DNA of 63,786 nt, counting the filler, from Octopus bimaculoides (taxonomy: Eukaryota): the NCBI RefSeq assembly GCF_001194135.2. It is 7 parts of 7 records of this genome, joined end to end, with 100 filler letters (N's around TTAATTAATTAA, not from the genome) between each part and the next. Parts side by side here need not be neighbours in the genome. Positions count along the whole stretch, not along the records: positions 49,856 to 62,646 come from NC_068981.1; positions 62,747 to 63,786 come from NW_026393663.1; 5 more parts are not named here. The stretch is one strand, 5' to 3'. The first letter of the stretch is position 1. Each line of letters begins with the position of its first letter. A model generated the notes under the pieces. It was not told the DNA's origin and made no database searches. It worked only from the letters and a program-made list of their open reading frames with translations. A program made the position numbers and the translations under genes. Shown in pieces: positions 50,285-62,747 of the stretch.

Positions 50285-51154
50285 CCAACGAGAGAGAAGA
50301 AACCCTACTCTGTATGGAATTACATGGTCAGTTCTACCGTGAAACCAACAGATTAAAAGACCAGGAAGTATCATGGGGGTGGCTCAACAAGTGTGACCTA
50401 AAAAAGAATACTGAAAGCCTAATCATTGCGGCCCAGGACCAGGCATTGAATACCAACTCAGTGAAAAAGAATATATACCACACAAGTGCATCAGACCTCT
50501 ACAGAATGTGTGGGAAGAGGGTCGAAAGTGTGACTCACATTGTTAGTTCTTGTGAAAGTCTTGCGCAGAAAGAGTACGACAAAGTAGCCCAAACCTCCAC
50601 TGCCTACTATACCGTAAGTACGGATATGAAGTTACAGGTGCTTGGTGCCAACATACACTGGAAAAGGTAATAGATGAAAAGGAGAAAGCAAAAATCCTCT
50701 GGAACTTTCCAGACAAAGTATTAGAGTACCAAAGGCCGGATATAGTAACCTTTAGGAGGGACAAACAAGAGTGCCTAATAATCGACGTAGCAGTGCCAGA
50801 TCAACATATCGCCATGAAAGAAAAAGTTGATAAATATGGAGACCTGAGAATTGAGATCACTAAGATGTGACAGCTACGAGAGTCGAACATAAAGGTTATC
50901 CCTATTGTCATCGGAGCAATGGGTTCAATACCAACCAATCTGAAAAAACACCTGAAAACCTTAAAGATCTCCTACAATCTAAATATATTGCAAAAGTCGG
51001 CATTACTTGGAACTGCACGCATATTGCGTAAAGTACTGTCTGTCTGAGGTCCTTGTTGTGACTTGACAAACAGTACAAACCCCCCGGTAGACACAATATC
51101 TTCAATCAAGAACTTCCCGATATTGTATACTGTTCGATGTCTATAATAATAATA
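50285..51154 (+). mobile_element. 5'-truncated R4/Dong-type LINE 3' end with RLE domain and (TAA)n tail
   Basis: LHGQFYR..TESLIIAAQDQAL..RMCG..THIVSSC; RPDIV..CLIIDVAVP; VIPIVIGAMG..LQKSALLGTARILRKVL; tail taataataataa. Confidence 0.88.
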
Positions 51155-52345
51155 AAATGAAGATCAAATAAATAGTGCGTGTTTATTGACAAAATGACCG
51201 TCCCCAAATATAAACAATATTTGTTTTAATGTTGTAATAAAAACTGTTTTACATTAAATTGATTGATTACTCAATACATCTGGTAGAGTACAAATTTATT
51301 TTTCTTTAGCAAGAATAGTATCGACAGTAACTTCGAAGTTTCGGCCAGTTAGGTATGAGTTTGCTTGGTTTTGTTTTCATTGCAAAGATTATTTCATAGG
51401 ATTTTTTTTTTTTTTTTTTTTTACAGATTACACGATGAAAAATTGAATTAGTACAGAAGCTCAAATATTTCAACAGGATATGTTTCAGGGCTGCATTGTA
51501 GTGAGGAAACATGTCTTACGTGAACACTCAAATATGTATCACTTACATGCTAAACGACGCTCATAAAATTGCTTGTTGTATACAAAATACGTCAAAGTAC
51601 AGATAGACCGGGGGAAAAAGTCATCATATAAATAAAGAAAAAATATTAATGAATCATTCTTTTTTTATCTTTATGTGTTTCTTTTTTTCATTTTTCTTGT
51701 TTTCAGGGTGGCGGCTACTGTAACACTAGTGATATCTTTTTATGGCGTTATAGCCAAATTAACTGGTTAATTAGATCAGCAGACGTCACTGAGATATAAA
51801 GATGTGACAAAACTTGATTGCTTTGTAAAACACATAAATGCACACACATAAACACACACGCGCACGCGCGTTCACATATATACTATGCACACATATGTAT
51901 ATACATGCCTGCATACATACGTGTGTATATATGTATAAAATGATGTTGAAAAATTTCCCAACTGTGCCTTCTGTATGGACAATATAGGCTACTGTACTTA
52001 ATATGTTGAACCAAAAATAAGCTTCAACTGGTTGAAATTTAAACTATAACGAAACAAAAATACATGAGAGTAAGTGCAAGTTTCTTCTCACAAGCAGCAA
52101 GGGAGAGAATTCTCAAAATTTCAATTGAACAAAAAATTAAATTGAATTGTGTAGAAGGAATGGTTAGCGAGTCTGAGTCGGTCTCTGACCAAGTAGGCTT
52201 GTGTTGGTTATGCTTCGCTAAGGAGGTCATATAAAACAGAAACATGTTTAGACTTGTCCCCGTAGTAGACAAGCTGACGCAGGGCACTCTCGGCTGTAGT
52301 TCGACTTACTAGAAATAGCAACCAAATTTTTCTGATTTGACTTGT

Positions 52346-52735
52346 ATTAAGAAGCCGAACTGGCAGAATCTTTACCGCGCCGGAAAAATGTTTAGCGTCA
52401 TTTCTTCCCACTTTACGTTCTGAGCTGAAATGCCACCACGATCGACTTTGTCTTTCATCTTTTCGAGGTTGATTAGACAAGTACCAGTTGAACACTGGGG
52501 TCAATTACATCGACCCTCCTCTGATATTACTGGCCTTGTATCAACATTTTTAATTACTTTCGGGCGAGGGGTTAAGTCGATCGCATTGACACCCATTACT
52601 CAACTGGTACTTATTTTATTGACCCCGAAAGGATGGAAGGCAAAATTGACCACAGCGGGATTTGAAGTCGGATCATAAAGACTGACGAAATGCTGTTAAG
52701 CAATTTGCCCGTTGCTTTAACGATTCTGCCAGCAC
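52346..52735. mobile_element. Two diverged family C SINEs in tail-to-tail inversion
   Basis: Plus copy about 52346-52540, minus copy about 52560-52735. Confidence 0.7.
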
Positions 52736-53269
52736 CCTCGCTATCCTCCGTGGCAATACCTTTTCCATTTTGTCTGCTGGTGTCATATCACTAACAAGGA
52801 TTGCATATGTTTGAAGCTTATGGTAAAGAGACTAGTTTACAGAGACGCTTAATGAGCTCGAACCTGATATCTTATAATTGTGAAGAGAATGTCATAAGTG
52901 CACGGCTATGCTTATGTATATGAGAGGAATGAATTGCAAACATAAACAAAACGTTTTAAAAAAATAAAACTGCTGCTGCATTTTTGCTTGGTGTTCTGAC
53001 GTACTGAAGGTGATTATATTCATCAGTGAATGCTGAGATAAATATAGTAAACGAAAAATGAATGAGAGTGATAGAGTGGGAGGAGGATTAAAGTGAGTAG
53101 AGAAACAGAGTGTGAGGTGAATAAAACAGGTGAGCGGAAATCTTTCGTCTTAAAGTAAAGTGAATCTTCTGCAATATATTTGGCTCCAAATCAACACAGC
53201 TTTAAAAGATGAAATATTTTCAAATAAATTATATACGTAGGCATGGTTATAATTCACTCCTACTACCTG

Positions 53270-53510
53270 AGATAAGTGTCTGCAGGTGGACGGGTAAAGA
53301 GTGTGACCGCTAGTCGGACTGTTGGATGAATCGTGGTTTCTCCTCCCTTTCAACCCATCCTATTAGTCTCGGTGACCTTACAAAAGTCATAGGCACTGCC
53401 CTTCCTCTTCTGACTAAGTGACCAAAGAATAGTGTTATTTCCAACGAGGAGTTAGCAGTGGCTGAGTCCATGCACATTACAAGGGGCCTTACTAGTAGTC
53501 TTGCCGTTTC
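53270..53510 (-). mobile_element. Possible highly decayed RTE-type LINE 3' coding remnant
   Basis: LFFGHLVRRG resembles the post-RT motif of RTE elements; weak. Confidence 0.3.
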
Positions 53511-54817
53511 TTGTTCATTCTCACATCTTTGTTCGATTCATGCCTGTTGGTGATTAAAATATGAACAAGTAAACGGTGTATTTCAACTCTAAATAAACTC
53601 AGTGTACAAAACAGATTAGTGTGATAGAAAACATACAGTATATTACGTAATTTACTTTATACACATTTTGTCAAAGAATTATAGTCCGAACAAATTGGAC
53701 AACTGCTAGAAATCGTGTCCACTTAAAGACAAACAACTTTTCACTATAGAGAATGAACCGACGAGGAAGCTTCCACGTCATCCCTCGCCATGTTAAAAAT
53801 AGCAACCATATCTCCCTCAAATCGTACGTTATTGTCATTGAAGTAAGAAAGATACTTTGATAGTGTAGTCCTAAATATACTATGCCTGAAAATAAGATCA
53901 ATGGTTACCGCTGGATTGTCATTAATCATAGATTTGCTTGCTCAGGGCTGATCGCAGATAAAATAGCAACAACAAAGCTGCACAGACAAATTCTTTTCGA
54001 TTTTCTTCTTGATTCTGTTATTATGTCTGCTACACTTCTATCCTCTCCTCATTGTTAGAAACTGTACTGTAGATGTGACATTTTATTGCCCTTTTAAAAT
54101 GTTCATGGGCATTTGGGGATTAATTCAATAATTACATTATCTCCTGCTGCTGTTATTGTTGCAGTGGTCTAACCCTAATTCAACTCTGATAGAACAACTA
54201 TTGGATGTTCCAGCTTTAATTATCCCATTTTGGGGGGGGGGTTGTTTTTGTTTTTCAGACACAATGTATTTAGGAGCTTTCCTTCATTTTAGGCAGAGTG
54301 GCGAAGACTTAATCTGTCGCATAGTTTAACACCTCCAATTGATCCTTTTGTGTTTTTTTAGCAAAACACACTTTATTGCAAGTGTTCAGGTCAGGGCTTC
54401 AATCTGAGCATAATTCCCTTTCTTCTTTGCACTAGTTTTGGAAACCATTGATGCCTTTCTTCCTTGAATACTCATTCAGAGAGGGGAAAAAATAAAAATT
54501 CTTTTGAGCAAATGATAAAATAAATGATAAGGTGTGATTTGAGATAGATTTTTTTCTTGTTTTTAGTAGATCGAGCGACCACATAACACTTACTTCTCTG
54601 GCTTGTTATTTTGTCGTTTGATTTTATCACTGATGTTGCTGATGTTGTTACCAACTGTGCTCAATAACTGGGGCAAAGCGCCTTCGGGTGACTTTAGTCA
54701 CACAATAAAATCGTTTCCAACAGAAGATAATGGCTGGTGTTACTAGCAATGTTCACAGCTTCACTACAGTTCTGTTGTCTGATTCTATTTCCTTCTCTTT
54801 CCTCTATCTACCTACAT

Positions 54818-54886
<69 letters not shown>

Positions 54887-55416
54887 CTCAGTCTTTCTCT
54901 CCCCCTCTCTCTCTTTTTCTTTCACTTTTCCTCTCTCACACACTAAACTTGCCATCTTTCTCTGTATCCATTTTAACGCAAAAAATCTCTTGCCAAGAAG
55001 TAGCCAATTTAATTTGGGAATGGTTTGGCGAGTGTCTGCCAAATACCATTTCGTATAAGATGAAAATTAAACGGTAGTTCATCCACACTAAGTATCGATT
55101 ATAGCTGTCGATTAATATTTGTATCAAAATTTCTACATTGCCGCTTTAGAATTGGAAATGTCATTTCTTCTGATCAGAAAACAGAAGAAAAGATAAGAAA
55201 TCATTATCAATTAAACGAAGAACCGGAGCCTGCGGGAGAAATTTGGCAAGCAGATCAAGACTATTTTTGTATCTCTAAAGAACCAGAAATTTCAAGGTGA
55301 GACAGACAAAGAGAAAGAGACCAACAAAAGATAACCACGGAGCTCATTGTATCTCTGTATCACTGTGTACGGTCCCGGACCGACGTACAAACTGACCTCC
55401 ATCTCTCATCGGACAT

Positions 55417-55807
55417 TTGTTGTTGTTGTTGGCACTCCGTCGCTTACGACGACGAGGGTTCCAGTTGATCCGATCAACGGAACAGCCTGCTCGTGAAATT
55501 AACGTGCAAGTGGCTGATCACTCCACAGACACGTGTGCCCTTAACGTAGTTCTCGGGGATATTCAGCGTGACACAGTGTGACAAGGCTGACCCTTTGAAA
55601 TACAGGCACAACAGAAACAGGAAATAAGAGTGAGAGAAAGTTGTGGTGAAAGAGTACAGCAGGGTTCGCCACCATCCCCTGCCGGAGCCCCGTGGAGCTT
55701 TAGGTGTTTTCGTTCAATAAACACTCACAATGCCCGGTCTGGGAATCGAAACCGCGATTCTATGACCGCGAGTCCGCTACCCTAACCACTGGGCCATTGA
55801 GCCTCCA
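55417..55807 (-). mobile_element. SINE family B, full length, 14-bp TSD
   Basis: TSD ctctcatcggacat at 55403-55416 and 55808-55821; A and B boxes (tggcccagtggtt, ggtttcgattccc); (CAA)n tail. Confidence 0.92.
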
Positions 55808-57381
55808 CTCTCATCGGACATACTGAGAACAATTAGGATCGCCAAGATTGTAGAGCTATTTACAAAATACGTTAGAGTTTTTACTTTGGTCATGTTCGGT
55901 TACAACATCGGCGACAAAATCAACTTCTTCATTCCTATGAAAACTAGTCAAAAAAAGTACCAGTAATATACTGCGATCAAAAGTTTATCCACCATAGTTC
56001 TTGGCGTAAGCAATTCGATAGCGCGCTTGTGTTGGAAAGAAATAGTTGTTAATGAGTGTTGTGCTGCACTAAGGAATGCTTAGCAAACTGAATCAAATCT
56101 GAGAAGAAATCACTACTACTACTACTACTACTACTGCTACTACTGCTGCTGCTGCAACTACTGCTACTACTACTACTACTACTGTTACTTCTGCTGCTGC
56201 TGCTGCTGCTGTTGTTGATGCTGCTATTGTTACTACTACTACCACTATTGCTGCTACTATTACTACTACTTTTACTGCTGTTACAACCAGTGCCACTGCT
56301 ACCACCACCACTTCTACTGCGACCACCACCACCACCGCCACTACTACTACTACAACTGCTGCTGCTGCTATCGAAAAATAATATTAATGTAATTTCACCT
56401 CAGAATTGCTTTAAATGTCGAAAGCTTCTTGAAGAAGCAAAAAACAAATGTGAAAAAAAAAGAATTCAAAATGGAGTCCAGCCGCTTTTTAGAAGCGAGA
56501 AGCATTTATTTAGATAACCTATCCAAAGAGGGTAGAGTCAGTGAAAAGAATTTCTTAAGCCTACGCCCAACAATTATAAACAAATACTGTCTGGTTGTTT
56601 ATACAACTTTGTGGAGCACATTCGTAACGCAATTCAAACAAGTCTTAGTATATCTTTCAAAGGAAAATATCGAATCTCGACACAGTATTTGGTTTTGTTT
56701 CTCATTAAATAAAGATAGGACATAATGTGATTGTAGAGATAGCTTCTTTACAAACTTGAAAGATTCGGTTTTTCTACTTAGCCGCTTGTTTCATGACTTA
56801 ACAAAGCTGTGTTTTCGAAAGTGACAGGCAACAATTAATGTTTTCTTATTTGCTTTACTTGAAATAAGTGCAGGTTATTTCGGAGCTGATATTAACTGAT
56901 AATAAATTTTTGTTGTCGTTGCTGCAGTTTAACACCAAGCTATCCCCCCTCTCCTTTAAACAGATTTTTGATAAAAAAAAAAAAAGACTTTCATTCATGA
57001 CTCTCCTATCTCTTATACAGATATAATATATCTAGGTTTACATTATTTGGTTGTGTCTATACTTTGAATAAAACATTAGGGTATAATTTGAGGGAGATTT
57101 AGCTGTTACTTCTAGCACGTCGAACGACCATGTACAGGCTCCCTCGTTGTCTCGTGCACTGGTAAGGAGCTGTTATGGTGTGACTCATAGGGTAAGGGAC
57201 AGTTTTTAACAAGCTAACTAAAGCTACATTACTTCGATTCTCGTTTGAAGTAATTTCATTTCATCTGTTCAATACATGGAACATTAAAATGATGAGAAAA
57301 CACTAAAAACAATTACGCAGCGAAGGAAAAAAAAGAGCATTAACAAATTGTTTTAATTATTAAAGCAAATAAGAGAGATAA

Positions 57382-57427
57382 CTCTAAACGTGTTTCGATC
57401 TCAGTAGACCTCATCAACGAAACAGAG
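57382..57427 (-). ncRNA. Decayed minimal hammerhead motif
   Basis: TTGATGA-GGTCT(ACTG)AGATC-GAAA-C(AC)G-TT; C3U change and disrupted stem I. Confidence 0.35.
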
Positions 57428-58988
57428 ACTTCATTATTCCCCGAAGTATCGGTGAGAGAATCACAAATTAAACATACAAGAATATACATTGGTTGGCTTT
57501 GAAAATATAATTATTTGACCCTATCAGCCCTGGCCAATGGTGAGATAACCCACATTTGGCCCTGACGTCCACAGTCAATACTCGTTAAAACGCATATTCT
57601 ACAAACAGAAAGATTTATTGAAAGCAATTTGACAATTACATATAAAAACTTCGTTTCTCGTCTAAAATTCGCAAATCTTCAGTTTATTTCCAGTGTTGCA
57701 CTTTGGTTTGTCGGTCTCCTTTTTCTGTGGTACATTGTTTTCATTTTCAGTTTGTGAAATAACTAGCATCGCCTCCCGTTTCATGTTTCAAAACTTTCAT
57801 ACCTGTCAACTGATTCAATTTTGCCTTTGGAGTACATTAGATTGAATTCCGATTCATTCTAATTTCAGCAAGACTTCTGCAGTAGTGAACATCCTCGGCC
57901 TTTGCCTTTTCTCCTCCAGACGTTCCTGGTTGCAATGAACTTTACTTCATGTTCAAAATAAAGTAGAAACATCATTCTAAAGAATGCCTTACTCTCGAGT
58001 AGAGATCTGTACAGAATCTAGTACTGCAGGGACAAGAGATCTTTATTTTGATTGGCTGATTTCTTTTTAGTTTGACTTTGGTTTTTACAAGGACTTTCCT
58101 CATTCTCACTATATTGATAATTCGGCAGAATGTCAGATCTGAAATTCCCAGCATATCAGGGATACGACCTAACAAGGTTAAAGAATAAAAGCTTAGGGTT
58201 GCCATCTTATTCCAAGAATCTATTGCATCCAATTCACTTTTCATTTTGATCGCTGTCTTTCTGAAGAACGCTAAAGTTACAGGATAACATTTTGTTTTCC
58301 CCAATGATCTAAATTTTGCAGGGATGGAGGTGCATATTTAAAAAGAAATCTGCTATGAAAATGACATTTAACTTTACTCACCATATACTGGTGTAAAATG
58401 CAAAAAATCTAGTACAAAACATCTGGGTTAAAATTGTAGGGTAATCTTTATATTTAAGAAAGGAAAAAAAAGATAAGAGAATAACATATATTGTTAATAT
58501 TTAGTTATAAAAAGTGAAGATCACATTATATTCGAGATCACATTGTACTCGATTAAACTACAGTACATAGTTTTAAAATTTGTGGTGCACCAGCATGACC
58601 GCAGCCACTTGGCTGAAACACATAAATAAATAAAAAAAATAGGAGCTAAGTTTCACTCAGATCACATCTTAACGTCTTAAGAAAAAGGTGAGATACATTT
58701 GATAATATAATTCAAGACAGACTATATCTGAAAAGAAGGCGAGATACTTATGGCTAGACATAGGTTTACTCGATCAGAGCTAGCACGAGACAAGACAACA
58801 ACAGCAACAACGAATGGCAATAATGTCATGCAATCTAATTTCCACTCACATAAATTTGAGGTTCTGTGTTAATAACAAGTCTTATAGAATTCTATTACTG
58901 TACAATAAGAGACGGGAATAGAAAAATATTCGAAGATTTATTGCAATGATTCACTATAAAAAGCGAACCTTGCATTTATAGACGTTTT

Positions 58989-59051
<63 letters not shown>

Positions 59052-59327
59052 GTGTATATATAAATATAAACATATATATATAAATATAAACATATATATA
59101 TATATATAAATATAAACATATATATATATACATATATATGATTAAGATGGTTACATTAGATAGATAGATAGATAGATAGATGTATGCATGTATGTATACA
59201 TGTATACATATATACATACATATATATACATATATATATGAAAATAATAATATACATACATACATATATATATACATATATATATATATACATATATATA
59301 TATATGTATGTATGTCTGTGAATGTAT

Positions 59328-59417
<90 letters not shown>

Positions 59418-60013
59418 CGTAGAGATGGTAATCAAAAATAAGCTGAGTGATAATGGATTAAAATCCTACCACCGATTTCTAGATCATAGACTTATTTTGG
59501 TCATTGGTGCGTTGCAATATGAAATTATTGAAATATAATTGCATTATTTACAATGAGGAAAAAATCGATATACATGCTAATATCAGATAAATGACAATAT
59601 CTTAAAGTATATATTATGTCTATGAATCTTGAAATTTCATTTCATCTATCTCACACCTTAATTCATAAAAATATTCAGTTTATATTTTCTCTTAAACTAA
59701 TTTCATTTACATGAATTTAAATGTATCTGGAAATTTTCTACTCAGTTCAAGCCATTTTTTTCTTAGTTCTAGATTGCTACCGTAATCCCAGTATGCGCGC
59801 TCGCGCGCGTGTGTGTGCTTTTTTAAGGCAAGCGAGATAAATGCATTCTTCTGGCTATTGTTTTCATTTGAAAATACCTGCTAGCCACCCTCACGCATTA
59901 TTGAACCCACTATTAATAATGTTAAACAATGAATGGATCTACTTTCTACAGTAAATTGGTCCATGTGTCTTAATTTACTGGGAAGAAAATCTATTGGAAT
60001 TAAATACAAAATA

Positions 60014-60310
60014 CAGGGTAACTACAAAGCCTGGGTACATGGAGTAAATAAAAATATAACATAAACAATTAAATATAAGAAATAATAATTTCTTAAAGTA
60101 TGTGTTAATCCCCATGTGGGTATATGGAGTAAATAAAATCATAGCATAAACAATTAAATATAAGAAATAATAATTTCTTAAAGTATGTGTTAATCCCCAT
60201 GTGGGTATATGGAGTAAATAAAATCATAACATAAACAATTAAATATAAGAAATAATAATTTCTTAAAGTATGTGTTAATCCCCATGTACCCAGACTTTGT
60301 GGACACCCTG
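60014..60310. mobile_element. Tc1/mariner-type MITE containing three 85-bp tandem units
   Basis: 29-bp TIRs with 4 mismatches, TA on both sides; units start at 60041, 60126 and 60211. Confidence 0.88.
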
Positions 60311-60883
60311 TACATAGATAAAATACGATTGTTAAACTTTATTGCTATGAAATAACTGAATAAGGAAAAGATTTCTACACTGTAACACTAAAGTAAAACG
60401 GATGGACCAATCAAGATAATTTCCAGTTATCTCGAGAAACAATCTTGAGATCTGACAAGCAACATAGACGCCAGTAAAGTTTTCGTTTCTCCAGTGGTAT
60501 TTTCCTTTGCGATTTTCATAAAAACGTTTATCAGTAAATGGATCATTCCACTTAAATGTAAACAGGTAAAAGTTCATTGTTGTAAACAGTAAGGGTAAAA
60601 TGCAAACGATATGGTAGCAATGACTGTAGAATACAACTGATATGAAATTCAGAGCCCAATTCCTCTAATAAATGCAAATAACAATCTCTTAGCTGCTTTC
60701 GGAAACTGAAATAATATATTCTTGTAAACCGAGACACTACCTCAGTAACTGTAGTGAATAAAATAACTATAACAGAATTTCTTCTTAGAATGCTAAACAC
60801 CCGACTCCACGTCTATTGTTTAATCGGAAATGAAGAGAGGGCGAAAAATCTGTCGCTCATTTCGTCCTTATTTAATACAGACC

Positions 60884-61245
60884 GTGGAGGCGCAATGGCC
60901 CAGTGGTTAGGGCAGCGGACTCGCGGTCATAGGATCGCGGTTTCGATTCCCAGACCGGGCGTTGGGAGTGTTTATTGAGCGAAAACGCCTAAAGCTCCAC
61001 GAGGCTCCAGCAGGGGATGGTAACGAACCCTGCTGTACTCTTTCACCACAACTTTATCTCACTCTTACTTCCTGTTTCCGTTGTGCCCGTAATTCAAAGG
61101 GTCAGCCTTGTCACACTGTGTCACGCTGAATATCCTCGAGAACTACGTTAAGGGTACACGTGTCTGTTAATTTCACGAGCAGGCTGTTCCGTTGATCGGA
61201 TCAACTGGAACCCTCGACGTCGTAAGCGACGGAGTGCCAACAACA
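60884..61245 (+). mobile_element. SINE family B, 11-bp TSD
   Basis: TSD taatacagacc at 60873-60883 and 61246-61256; short internal deletion relative to the 55417 copy. Confidence 0.92.
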
Positions 61246-61478
61246 TAATACAGACCACTTGTATAAGAGTCCTTGCTCCTTTGAATTTGTTGGTTAAATA
61301 CGGTTAATATCTAATACTCCTGAGCCAAAGAAGAAATGGTGTGGAGAATAGTCTCTATACGGCCTCTCAACCATCCTGATTTTGTAGTTCAGAAAAAATG
61401 TTTCGAAAGAATACGTACAGTGCAGTATGTAATTCCCCTACAGCACTTGTCTGTATGTGAGTGTATGTACATGTATAT

Positions 61479-61521
<43 letters not shown>

Positions 61522-61934
61522 TGTGTGTGTGTGCGTGTATGTGTGTGCGTGTGTTTGTGTTTGTACATATGCGTGTATAGGAGTATGTGTGTGCGTGCGT
61601 ATGTGTTTTCAGAATAGGCAGCAGACAGCTGCCAATTATTATTAATAGCATCTTCATCACTATCGTCAATATCACACCCGACACCACACCATTTCTTCTT
61701 CTTCTTCTTCTTCTTCTTCTTCTTCTTCTTCTTCTTCTTCTCCTCCTTCTTCTTCTCCCCTTCATCCTCCATCTCCTCCTCTTCTACCTTTTTCTTCCTT
61801 TCAGTTGTTATGATGATGTAAATCTCTACCCATGGTTGCTTCACCAACAACAATTTCAGGTCATCCCCAATCAAGAAGATCCATGACCAACCTGTTTTTT
61901 TTTACAGGAATTTACGAGTACATTATCTAAACTG

Positions 61935-62093
61935 TGAAATAGCAACTACATACGTACGAATAACGGTTACATACGTACGAATAACGGTTACATACGTACG
62001 AATAACTGTTACATACGTACGAATAACGGTTACATACGTACGAATAACGGTTACATACGTACAAATAATTATACTTATGTAGCTGCTATTTCA
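61935..62093. repeat. 21-bp tandem array (about 6 copies) bounded by 22-bp inverted repeats
   Basis: Unit tacatacgtacgaataacggt from 61947; inverted repeats 61935-61956 and 62072-62093 with 2 mismatches. Confidence 0.85.
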
Positions 62094-62747
62094 AACAAAT
62101 CGAACGAGAAACAGAAAAGGAAGACTAGACTTAAATTCAACAAAACTGTGAGCCAAGGTGTTCCAGCTGTTAAACAATGTGTCTTTCCAGTTTTGAGACG
62201 GTAAAGAGTGATTTTAAAGACATTTGGTTCAAATTTATAGCAGGTCAAGCGACCTCACAAAGGCCCACTAGATACTTCGAACCATTTTAGTATCGTTGCT
62301 GCTGCAGCCGCTGCAGCTGCTACTGTTGCTGCTGTTACTGTTGCTGTTGTTATTGTTGTCGTCGTCGTCGTTGCTGCTGCTGCTGCTGCTGCTATTGTTG
62401 CTGGTGTTACTGTTGAAACCCGACCCACTGACCCAAGACAATTCCAACGATGCCCATGTTCGTTATTTTAGAAGTGCATCTTATACACACGTTACCCAAT
62501 GAGGCCTTCGTTCCTCCCCCAAAAATATAGTAAAGTTTAATAGAATTCGACAAATATTTGGCAGCTATTTCTGGCATGTCGAACCTCCGCATAGAGCAGA
62601 TGTACTCATTCGTTGACTCGGCTCGAAGAATCATTTTGTTTAGATGNNNNNNNNNNNNNNNNNNNNNNNNNNNNNNNNNNNNNNNNNNNNTTAATTAATT
62701 AANNNNNNNNNNNNNNNNNNNNNNNNNNNNNNNNNNNNNNNNNNNNA

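Noticed and set aside
51310-51352. Plus-strand AG/GT-bounded 43-nt segment, and an acceptor-like site at 51706
   Set aside because: No coding signal or partner exons; expected by chance in AT-rich DNA
52994-53030. CTGATGA..GTC motif on the minus strand
   Set aside because: GAAA core is absent; at best an unrecognisable relic
55730-55807. tRNA genes at SINE heads (also 9435, 31201, 42736, 60884)
   Set aside because: A and B boxes are present but there is no full cloverleaf, and each is fused to a SINE body
57550-57598. Candidate protease pro-peptide exon (ICVLTSIDCGRQ)
   Set aside because: Good acceptor but only the phase-2 frame is open, the donor is weak and no IVGG or His57 exon follows
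60041-62069. CRISPR-like arrays
   Set aside because: Tandem units have no unique spacers, there are no cas genes and the context is eukaryotic
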